Origin: Phoronis australis
Taxonomy: Eukaryota; Animalia; Phoronida
Assembly (NCBI GenBank): GCA_002633005.1
Contig: NMRA01000038.1
Span: 643,329-707,328 of the forward strand
Direction of reading: 5' to 3'
Length of the DNA: 64,000 bases
Shown here: in pieces, positions 1 to 11,000 of the stretch
Layout: each line of letters begins with the position of its first letter
Numbering within the stretch: position 1 is the first letter of the stretch
Translations under genes and position numbers: made by a program
Notes under the pieces: model-generated
What the model was told of the DNA's origin: nothing
What the model saw: the letters and a program-made list of their open reading frames with translations, nothing else
Database searches by the model: none

Positions 1-217
1 TCACTTTCATAGAAGAGTGTCTCACTGTGTGCCCTCCAGCACAACTTTCTTCAATAGTACACGGCGCATGTTTCAACAATTCTACTATGCCTCCCTTTTA
101 TTTCATTTCATAGATGAAAAAGATGGTGCTGAGTTAGGTGTGTATTTTTAGAATATTCTCGCTTTAGCCGAAGTTAATCAATCACAAAAGAGTCAATAAT
201 TGAGGTTACGTTAGATT

Positions 218-387
218 TGCTATTGATGATGTTTGGCTGAATCAGTGCAATATGAATAATGTAACCACTCGCTGCTACTGATGATGTCTGGCTGAATCAG
301 TGCAATATGAATAATGTAACCACTCGCTGCTACTGATGATGTCTGGCTGAATCAGTGCAATATGAATAGCGTAACGAGCCACTCGCT
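218..387. repeat. 55-bp tandem repeat, about 3 copies
   Basis: atcagtgcaatatgaata recurs at 241, 296 and 351 (period 55). Confidence 0.9.
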
Positions 388-569
388 TCATGCGCTGACA
401 CCTATTTTGCCAAGATAGGCTGGTAAATTCCCGTGCATACTCGTGAAAAAATCGCCTTTCACCTTCGTGATTTTGCGAGATTTTGCTTTTCTAGCAAGAA
501 ACTTGGTCTAAAGAAGACTAGAGGTCGGAGCGAAGCTGCGGAATACTCTCCAGAACACAGTTAGCTTTC

Positions 570-1100
570 TGATTTATTTATTCATTTATTTATTGTGATA
601 TTTAAAATGAGAGTGGCCTCTTCAGTGATAGCACTGCTTTCCAAGAGGGGCCTCAACGACAAAAAAAGTAATATAATACATTGAAGTAATAAAACAACAA
701 TTAAATATACATAACAAAGATGCAATTAAAACAGGTTGAGAATTAAAAAAATAAATAAACGACGAAGAATGGTGAAAATTTAACTAAGAGAGATTAAATA
801 AATAAAGAGATGACTCTAAACAGTGAGATTGTCTACGACAGTGAAAAAATGACATGATTAAGACAGGTAGGTTATAAAACAGTTACTAGGTAAATTACAG
901 TTACTTTTAATGTTGAGTTTGAAGGTATTAATTAAATCGGACCACATAGTTTCTGGGCTAAGAGAATTCCACATTGTAGCAGCAGCATACATAAAAGATC
1001 TCTTGCCAGTCTCGGTGTTAATTATTTACAAGAAACATTTCCAGCAACAGAAGAACGTGATCCTACTGGCTTCCTTTTTTTTGGAATTTACAAAGTTTAC
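570..1100 (-). mobile_element. 3' remnant of a CR1/L2-clade LINE (ORF2 C-terminus, 3' hairpin, (AAAT)n tail)
   Basis: Minus strand ~900-1022 reads INTETGKRSFMYAAATMWNSLSPETMWSDLINTFKLNIKSN (T..GKRSF.Y.A..WNSL...FK..K pattern). It is followed by a ggcc...ggcc stem-loop (~613-653) and an AAAT-type tail (~570-593). Confidence 0.7.
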
Positions 1101-1139
1101 TAGCTTATTTATTGTTTACTCGGACGTTTCAAGGTTGTG

Positions 1140-1320
1140 TAGGGCCCTAGAAAAGTGGCCAGTTTTGGTCAACTTCGGAACATCGTAACTCAGAAATGAT
1201 TGATAGCATTCATATTATGCTTTCGGATACTACGCTTTATAAAGTATTTTCCAAAACGCAGTTAGGATTTGATTTTAAAATTTTCAACCTTTGTATAAGG
1301 GGCTATGAAAAAATAGGACT
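1140..1320 (+). repeat. Diverged copy of an interspersed repeat also at ~49330-49510 and ~61690-61860 (opposite strand)
   Basis: ctagaaaagtggccagttttggtcaact...gctttcggatactacgcttt...ttccaaaacgc aligns by eye with the reverse complement of 49390-49510. Confidence 0.6.
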
Positions 1321-3295
1321 GCTATGATTTTGATGAAAAAAATTAAGTTTTATAAAAACAAAAAACGAACAGATAATTTATAAAATTGTAACAGCATTTT
1401 TAAGATTTTATATTGATATCGTATGAAATTTTGTCGTATAACTGATCCCGTTGTTTGGGAATAAATTTACCTTTCTTTTGTGCTAGAAAAGCAACATCGT
1501 GTGTCTGACCTATTTAGTGACAGATTGGTGCAAAGTCAAAATCAAGTTCTGCGGAATATTTACTTTCAGAAAATTTATACTTTTATAGGTTTGTACATAT
1601 TCGGTTAGATATACACGCTTGTCGATAAATATAAATTTATTAATTTTATAAATTTATTTATTTAGGTTTCCACATAACCTTAAAACGGCTCTACAGAATA
1701 CATTAAACACCATTTGTTAATTTAATGTTATTCCGTTCACAATCTGTTATTCGGAATCTAACAACTTTTTAAAGCTGCATTTTGCCCTGTTTCGCTGGTT
1801 TGAAACGAAAATCGAACTAAGTCTTTTACTGTCACAAACTCGATCTGATAATACAGGATTCTATTTCTGTTACTATCGAACATCGAAACAATCAGAGATT
1901 CGTGAAAGCAAAAACGCGTCCGAGTTTATTGGGTTTGGCCCGCACCCTAAAATTGCAAAATTCTAAAACGGTGCACGTACGCATTCCTTGAGAGGGCGAC
2001 GTAAATAGAATCCAGTCACGGTAAGGAATTATGCGAGATCAATTTCATGAGCCAACTGAACAAGGCGAAATGCATATTTAACGGCTCTCGTTATCTCGTA
2101 CGCGGACACTGGCTTTACAAAGACTCTGCCGCCCCTATCACTAATGTGGCAAACTGTTAAATTGTTGAGATAACCACTGTCTTGTACACTTTGTTGCGAG
2201 TCAGAAGATATTGAAATCTGTTAGTCATTGCTAGGAATCGCCAGTGCTGGAAGTCCAGTAGTAAAAAAATCCATTGATAACAAACATCGACAAAACCCCT
2301 TGAAATAATTGAAGATACCAACCTGTATGAGATTGACTAACGTCGCCGATCGGTTTGTATGCTGGTGACAAATTGTTGAGGAAGGGTGATGCTTGTTTTT
2401 ATAGGTATCCCACTGTTGCAGGTGAGTACATCAGTGACGTCATATGTGGTGGCTGCTGTGGGACTCCAACCCGTCTAGTAAGTCAGTACGCAAATTATCG
2501 AGGCCCAGACAATTCTTGTTGCAGTGACATCTGGTGAACAAGGGATGAATGATGAGCGTCAAATTAACATTCAAGAAGTTTAACTTCAGACGCGTCAGTG
2601 TTGAATCACTAAATGTGACTAAACCCACGAGACGTATTTCTTGACTGTTTAGTCCCTGAAACTTATATCTTAAGTCAAAAAAGTCACAGAACATAGCCTA
2701 CTCGCTCAAAGACAGGAGCAACAAGACATGTGGGCCGAACAAACAAAAAGCAGGAGAACAATATTGACCGGAATCGAAAGGATGTAAGACTGAAGAACTT
2801 GAAAACCACTCGCACTATATTTTGTGAGACACACAATAGCGATATTCCCACTGGTTTGATAACATTAAAAATATTAATACTTTTCGCTAAGAATTCCCGG
2901 AATGTCATTTCTTTTGAAGTTCTTTAGGAGAGCATTATCAAAAACAACAGAGCTGTTTATGACAAACTCGCTGTGTCGATCAGACTGGTTGTCGACGACT
3001 TGAATTTTGGTGAACTAGTACAGTGCCTCAAAGTATATGCTCCGACAATCGTAAACAAAGATTTTTGACATTTTTGGCCGACTACAAATTCACTCGTAAA
3101 CCGTAACATGTTAGCACTGGAATAACAATTCACGTTAACAAGAATAAATTCTGAAAGAACGCCATCCATGTTCTCCTGCGACGACTGGCCGTCAAGCAAG
3201 TATTTGGGCGCATACCTCCTGGAATTGCTAAATGTTCTATACCTTTGATTATGAATTTGAAAATTCAGTCTTGAAACTTTTACATATTGGTTGAA

Positions 3296-3445
3296 CATGG
3301 GCGGCACAGCACTGAACAAAATGGGGGGGGGGGGGGGCTAAAGCCCCCCAGCCCCCTGTGGTGGGCCGCCTATGGAACATGGGCGGTACAGCACTGAAAA
3401 AAGTGGGGCTATAGCCCTCCAGCCCCCTATGGTGCGTCGCCCATG
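3296..3445. mobile_element. CATGGGCG-terminus MITE, head-to-tail dimer, 5-bp TSD TTGAA
   Basis: ttgaa|catgggcggc...cgcccatg|ttgaa. Units 3296-3374 and 3378-3445; a monomer lies at 43521. Confidence 0.8.
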
Positions 3446-4329
3446 TTGAATTTATACAACTGGATAGAGTTTTCAAAATATGATTGATTTTTTTTAAAAA
3501 GGTTTGAATTTGTTAGATAGCACTGAATTTACAAAATACGAATTTATATTTCTGAGTATTTTTGCACTTTCTGCCGATCATATTATTAACTTGCGCTTCA
3601 CTCAAAATTGGCGCTCCCTTTAGTTTTTTATTGTGTGTCATTTGAAGTCACGTGATTTAAAGCTTTTACTGGAAAGCTCAACTTGCTGCAGACGTGAGGC
3701 TGTCGCAGCTCTCACGTCTGCACTCGACCTAAGTACATGACGTATGCGTGCACTATTACGCAGACCAGACATACAGTATAATTACGTAATTATCAACTTA
3801 ACTGAGTACGCCCGTGCTTCCTAGACCCGGATAGTCGTTAATGTTGTCGCGAAGTGCATTCCCCGTCATCGTGATGCCTTGTTATAAGATGTTCGTCGCG
3901 AATTTTCGAAATATCAGTTATTACTCGCTAAAATAAAATATTTCCATGTATATATTTGTTATTTATTATAGCGATATGGATGCATCACAGAATGCAACGA
4001 AAACAAATACACGTTTTATGCAATACTTCCCAAGCCACTTGGGCTTATGAATCACCTGATTCAAATCATACAATTTAGCCCGGGCTAGAGTTCTATGATA
4101 TCATGTAAGCGGTTATACTCAATACAGGCTACTCTGAACAATCTAGTGCCAAGACGACGTACACAGCTGGATAATAGAAACAACTCAAACAAGTCTAAGA
4201 CATAGGATTTAAGTTCACTTTGAAACTCGATTTCTGGTGCAATCGAGAACAAAAAGGATTTCGTCTTCAATGGAGTTCCCGAAAACCTCCGTAATTCGAC
4301 CTCTAATGACAAAATTCCTGACCTCAACT

Positions 4330-4800
4330 ATGCCAACACAGATCTCAATGTGGCGGGAAGATGTACAAGGTTTGAATACAGTATTCTGGTTTGAAAGTTT
4401 TGTAAAAACATGATTTAGATTAAGAGCCAAACAATTCACTCCAAACCTTTCCTAACATCGCTGTGCCTGCTGATTCAGACGGCACATGAACCGTTGCCTT
4501 AACTACTGGCATATTCTATAGTATGGAGCCAAGTTTAAAAACATTCTATACTCCTCATTCTTGAGTGGCATTTTCAAACTTAATACAGATGTTCCATTTC
4601 CAACATATTAAGCAATAATTGTAAACTGTCTTCACTGCTTGAGAAAAGTACCGTCATCCGCATAAAGTAAGCAGCACAAATTATAACCCCCAATGTCAAC
4701 AACGGTTCTCACACTGGTATAAATAGGCATTTCATTCACAGTCGAACCAAGTTGTTCAGTCGACACCTACCAATTGAACGCATTTTTCTGCATGCGCATA
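4330..4800 (-). mobile_element. Degenerate non-LTR retrotransposon reverse-transcriptase fragment (RTEX/RTE-like)
   Basis: Minus strand reads VDIGGYNLCCLLYADD (YADD at 4653-4664), then after a frameshift VLFSSSEDSLQLLLNMLE and an IEYASS-type motif. Contains stops and frameshifts. Confidence 0.75.
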
Positions 4801-6352
4801 TGAAACCTTAAAAGTAGGGTAACAATGCCCATCTTAATCAACTTATATAACTTATAGCAACACAACGTTACTAAAGTAGCATATCAATTCCGTTTTTGTC
4901 ATAGTAAAATCTTTTAAGTTAGTAAGGTGAAAACATGCTCGGAGCAGGACGTCCCTTTCGGATTGCATTTTTGTTCTTCAACTGAACAAATTAATATGAA
5001 AATCAGAAAATTCCACGAGTCTGTTATTCAAATAACAGCTGCAAACCTTGCTGCCGCGGGGATTGTGGACAATCAGATAGGCTACAAAGCCCTTGAAGTC
5101 CGAGGGCATTCAGTCCTGCCCTTATTTAACCTAGGTAGTGAAGCGATAATTGCCTTATACCACAAGGATGGAACTTTACTTGAAGGCAGACACAAATTAA
5201 AAAAATATAACTAAAATTTGAATCAGTTAAATATTTTTTAAAAATTTACACGGAATTCTGTCAATAAGCTACCGACGGCTTTTCCCCAGGCTCTTGCGCT
5301 CAGTGGGTCCATAGTCTATGGTGGGTCTTATTTCCAAAAAATGTAGGTTTAGTAAAAAAAGTATATTTTCTGAGAGTAGAAAGCCTGTAGACTTTAATGT
5401 CTGACTTTTGATGAATCTGCCAATACTTGGTATGAGCTGCCGCTAAGGCCACCCGACCCCCCCCCCGCACGAGTGGCTTGGGTGCAGGTTTGCTGGGCCA
5501 GTGACTCAGTCTTCTGTGAGTAACACAGAGCACCTCGGAATTCTAATTCCAGAAACAAAAGAGCACGGGAATTTTCTTGTGAAATTCAAGGCACTGTCAT
5601 CAAATTTATCCATTTTTATAGCCCATATGAATTGTATAATATAATTTTGTGTCGTCAAATCTAAAACAAAACCGTGCTTTTACAAAAAGATAGATTTTCT
5701 TGATGTTGTAATGATTATTTCAACCGACCTCAGTATTACCAACTCTCAAGAGCAGGGTCGAGGATTACACTCTATCACAGTGCTAGGGTAGGTCGAGGAT
5801 CTCACAGCTTTAGTGAGGGGTTTATTTCTGTCTAGTAAGCGACGCCATGACTATTATTTTAAAACGCTTTTTGCCTAAAGAAGTGTGTTCAGTGCAGATA
5901 CGCAGAACGGCACTTGTCAGAATGTAACGAATGGCCTAAAGTTAGAGAACTGCGCAATCACCGGCTCGTTGCTCACTGGCACTGCATCTGATCTTGTTCG
6001 CGGTGAAAAAAGCATAGCGACCAGTGGCGGTGCCCGCAGAATATATTCTCAACCCACTCACACTGTCACTGGACTGGTCACTTATTCAACAATGCTGTTG
6101 TAGACGTGCTTCCGATAAAATCGGCAAGTGTGCTAACCATTCAGCTAATACAGGCCCTTAGCTAGCCAGCCAACTAGCTGTATGAAGTCTGAAGACTCGT
6201 CAAAATACAGCTAGGAACCACTGAGTGTATTTCTTCCGTAGACCCCGAAATTGCACACGGCCAGGGTAGTTCTGATTGTCACCTCGCTGTGAAACTTGTA
6301 TCAACATGTAAAGCTAAAGACCGCGTGCTTGCAAAATCTGGAAATCAACGCC

Positions 6353-6658
6353 GTTAAATTACGTGCGTAAGATAATTCTTGTTACAGGCGCAATTAAGTG
6401 CGGCATAAATAAATTATTTGTGGCATAAAGTAACTTTTAGTGCCGCAAATACTTACTTTACGTCGTAATGTAATACTTACTTTACGTCGTATTGTAATAC
6501 TTACTTTACGTCGTAATGTAATACTTACTTTACGTCGTAATGTAATACTTACTTTACGTCGTAATGTAATACTTACTTTATGTCTTAAATAACTACTTTA
6601 CGTCGCAAATAATTACTTTATGCCTCTAACAAGAATTAACTTACGCACGTAATTTAAC
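6353..6658. mobile_element. Foldback/MITE-like element with 37-bp TIRs around a 24-bp tandem array
   Basis: gttaaattacgtgcgtaagataattcttgttacaggc at 6353 matches the reverse complement ending at 6658 (2 mismatches). acttactttacgtcgtaatgtaat x5 lies at 6451-6570. Confidence 0.75.
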
Positions 6659-7952
6659 ATTGTAAAATTCTCTCAACAATAATATCTATGATAATGGTGT
6701 AGCAACCATGCACATTTAGTGCCAATGAATGACATAAAACTTCCTCTAATCGTCTGCACGATCCTGTCATCTGTGCAAACACCACTTTGGCAAAGTTGGG
6801 CCCCGGGGCCGGGTAGGGCCCGATGATTAAGTGAAGCACTTTCAATCAGAAGCCAATTCGCCTAACTTATTTATAATTATAGTTCGTACTACCAGTAGCT
6901 GCAACAATTTTGTTGTTGTTGTTGTCCATTTATATCCTATCTCTAATGGATAGACTGGGGATGGACCTTTTCCGCGGAAGGGGTTCGATCGAACCCTCTG
7001 AACCCCCGTGGCTGCGGGCCTGTAATAGGCAATTGTGCATTAGCGAGTGGGTAACAGAAGCTCATATGATTCAGCGGAAGCACGTTTACAACACTTTTGT
7101 TAGCCACTCGCTAAGGGGCATCTGCCTTTTAGCTGAATAATTACTATGCTTGCTAGGTTCAGTAGTCTCGGCTATTGTTCTGGGAACTGTCAGAAGTTTT
7201 GACCAAGTCGAATTTTCCAAAAATTTTTACAAAACCGCAATGCATTTTTTTAAAAAAGCAACCTAATTTAAGTTGAATTGACTCCAACAGGCAATATGGT
7301 TAATTTGGCATGCGTTCAAACCTATAGTAAAAAAATTGCCTTGTTCAAATTTTGGAACCAGTTACCTGGATTTCACTTCATAGCCAGGTGTCCTAAACAG
7401 TCGACCAAAAGGCAGTTGTCTACTGGCGAATGATTGAGAGAACCCTAAATATAATACTAAGTTCACACAATTGTTTCTAAGACATAATTCTCACTCTAGT
7501 ACAAAGTTTCCAAAAATAATATTAAGTGCTGGATATTTGTATAAATTAACTAATGTACTAATAATTGCATTCATTATTTATAAACTTTATTTAGTAATTG
7601 TGAAGGTGTAGCATAAGATCGAATTTCTAACTTTATAGTCACTTTTCATGAAACTGACTTCAGGCCCTATTAGCTGGCTTGTCACGTCGTCTCATTTAAT
7701 CTGCTGATGATGGTCTTAAGGAATAACAAATAGTCAATTTAACAAAAGTCTGGTTTGATCTAGCATAGAAATCATTTTCCATCTGAGTTAGGAACAAATT
7801 GAGGTATTGGTTTTCTGGCAAACCAAGAAATCACTTCCCATCTAGACCAATTTTGTAGCACCAGCTAAGTGCTCGTCTAATCAGAAAATTTGTATCTTTG
7901 ACGGAATGCAGATCTACAGCTGCTTTTGTGTTTGTACATTGTGTTGTAGGCA

Positions 7953-8074
7953 ATGGCATCAGACGTGACCGCACAGAGAGATAAGACATTCACAGAGCAG
8001 TTTCAACATGGAGACTGGACCATGACTACAACAAAAAGTCACATTCTTCAATCGGATGGTATTGTGAGACAGAG
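7953..8074 (+). CDS. TIPRL: TIPRL coding exon 1
   Basis: tgtag|gcaATG; [40 protein letters not shown]; donor AG|gtagtg. Confidence 0.9.
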
Positions 8075-11000
8075 GTAGTGCTAGTTTCTGTTTTCAATAA
8101 AAAAATCAGACTTTGTTTCTTTCCATGTAGGTTTGAGGGCAATTTCATAGTATTTCTCCTTTCCGTTACAAGAAAAAATATCAAGTAAATGAGTATGTAT
8201 GTCCATTTGAGCCAGTTTGTTTAAATTAATCAGCCAAGTAGATAGGAAATGGTGCTTCAGGGAAAACATCCATTTAACTATTCCTTTTCTATCTCCCATA
8301 TTCAGTTTCTTCACAAGAACAGAAATGTGTAATCAGTAATAACACATTCACGTGAAGTTTCCTCCAGGAACATGTCATAATACCATTACTTGGCCGCAGC
8401 ACTGTAAACGGACATAATTAATAATGCGACTTAATACTTTACATCTTGCTTCTGTACTGTACTTCATAATTAATTAGGTTACAGGATTGTTGAGCAACTT
8501 CTTGAACTTTAGGCAATTGAAATTACTTCAAAATCTAATCTTCACGCCTCTGTAGAATTTCTTCTATTTTGGTCACCAACTGAACTAAAGAAAACAAAAT
8601 GTTTTCATACCAGTTTAGTTCACGAGGCAGTGTAGTCTATTGAGATAAGTGTCCACTTCCTTTACCCAAGGTCGTGGGTTCAAGTCCCGCTGGGGCACAC
8701 TGTTAGACCTTCGGCCAGGTCTCTAGCTCTTCACCTCGGTGTTACCTATACAATATTAACGAAGTGAAAAAATAGTTCCAGATGATCAGTGCAGTGAGGC
8801 CACGTGAGCAGCCTGCATACGTCTGCTACAACGTGCAGCAGACCACCTGCAATTGTTTTTTATTTAAAAGGATCGGTTTCGTTTTTTATAGTTCTTTTCT
8901 TCAACATAATACATTTTGTTAAATAATACTGCTATATTTTTGAGAAGTGAAAATGTCGTTTTTAGGTTTGAAGCGCAGCTGCGACTGCCACAAGTGCCGG
9001 AGATGATATTTGCTGCGAACACACTAAGGATCCAGCATGCGCTGGGATACGGCATTGAGTTTAATGCACACGATGCTCTTTTGTTGGTCGATGCTGAGCA
9101 TGATTTGTTGAAGGTTGCAGCTGCTGACACCTGGCGGCAAGCAAGGTAAGTGGTTGTCTTATTATTTACTTGAGTTTCTGAACTGACTGCTTGCCTGAAA
9201 TTTCCTGAGTGTCTCATAACTCTAAGTTAAAGGAACATCTTTTTTCTTATTGTTAGTAGGTTCTTTCTGTTAGCCAAATGTTTACCCATCTAAGACACTA
9301 GCAAGTGGAAAATGTGTCGAAATTCTTCACATTTGAAAGGGCTAACCAGCTTATTTCTGGTTATTTATTGACGGAGTCACATTGTGGAAGAAACAAAGCT
9401 TTGATGTACTGAGATCAGGGCTTGAAATTTTCCTCTTTCAAGAGGATTTTCTTTTGTTTTGGTTTTGGTTTTGATTTCCTCTTATTGGATTTCCAGTTTT
9501 CTCTTTGTTGGTCTCTTTTTATGTTGACTTTATCCATGTGAAAAAGTTTATTTCAGTTAAATTTTACTACATAAACCTATTCTTTTGTGGAACCATTTAT
9601 CAGCTGGAAAATTTTCCTCTTTTTTGTCATTGGTCATTCCAAGCCCTGTGAGATTGAATAGGTGTGTTATTTAAACTGTCTTTCAACTGTACCCACAAAC
9701 TTGTCTTTAGCTTCCTCTCATTGTGCAACGAGATAAAATTGCATTTGTCCATGTTTGCTTCATCTTTGTCTTGGTTTTTCATTCAACTTGACTGCTTTTA
9801 CACTATTATTGTCTTAGGTCAGAGGTTATCAGTGAAGAAGATATTAAGGAGGTCATCAAGCCATTTGATTGGACATTTACCACGGATTACTCTGGTACTT
9901 TGCTGATGGAGGGTGACGCCTCATTTCAGGTAATCACTTCCTGTACCAATTGAGCCATTACTTTGTTTTGTGCCAGTTGTTCGACCAACAGCCTCCATGA
10001 TTTCAAGTGCAGAACGAGTACAATCATGGTTTAGGTGGTGCTGTTCACTTGTTGGTTTGATCATGTGATGCCATGTTGACCAATGACTGTGATAGCTGGA
10101 TAAGGAAGCTTGGTCTAATTTTGTTGTGTTTTAAGGAACATTATCAATGAGGAAACTGATTTTGTGAGATCAACTTCAATGGTCACAGAAAATAAATACC
10201 TTTAAGACAGTGTAAAAATCTGCAGTATTGTAGATGTTTGGTTAAATGTGCAGACATATCAGTAAGGTACTACATAAGTAAGGTACTACATATTAGTAAG
10301 GTACTACACAAGGTTAAAGGTCAAGTTTCTTGATTTGGCGGTGAGCAGTAATGAAGAGCAGCATTAATGAATGAAAATGTGCATTGGTTGAATGTTTTAA
10401 AAGACTTGCATTGCCCCTGTTTAATGACACAGGCTGCTTAACTAGTATTTTATCTTCCCTATATTTCTCACTCTATCCAGTGCTTCATGTTTATCAGGTT
10501 GAGCCGACTGAAGAGGAAATAGATGTGGAGAAACTTAAACAAAGGGAAAAGATTCTCTTCTATGAAGACTTGACGCTGTTTGAGGATGAACTCTCTGACA
10601 ACGGAGCATCTGTACTGGGGGTGAAAGTTGTAAGATTCTTTGAATGTTTTTTATTTCTTAACAGTTGTACCCTATTTTAAGGATCTGTTGTACATTCCAA
10701 ATGTGTCTCAGTTTTTACACGTTTCTGTGGAGATGCTCAGTCTTTTTGCCTTGTGCTCCACAGTTTTCATCACCGTAAGATGTCTCTCTTTACGACTACA
10801 CTGTTTATCACACTAAGTCCAAGACTACAGTAACCTGGATATATATTTGTTTGGGTCTAGTTGTTGTTTTAGTGCTATCAATTATTTCCCTGTATTAGTC
10901 TGGGTCAAATATTAAACAGACAGCTTTCATAACTGGAACCAGAAGTCTACTTCAATGACATGTATTTGGCTGTGCATGTGCTTGAATGTATTAATACTGT

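Noticed and set aside
2150-3250. Possible coding or LINE remnant
   Set aside because: Only short ORFs with no recognisable motif and no phase-consistent exon chain.
8626-8700. tRNA gene
   Set aside because: A/B-box-like motifs are present but there is no acceptor stem or coherent cloverleaf; better explained as a SINE head.
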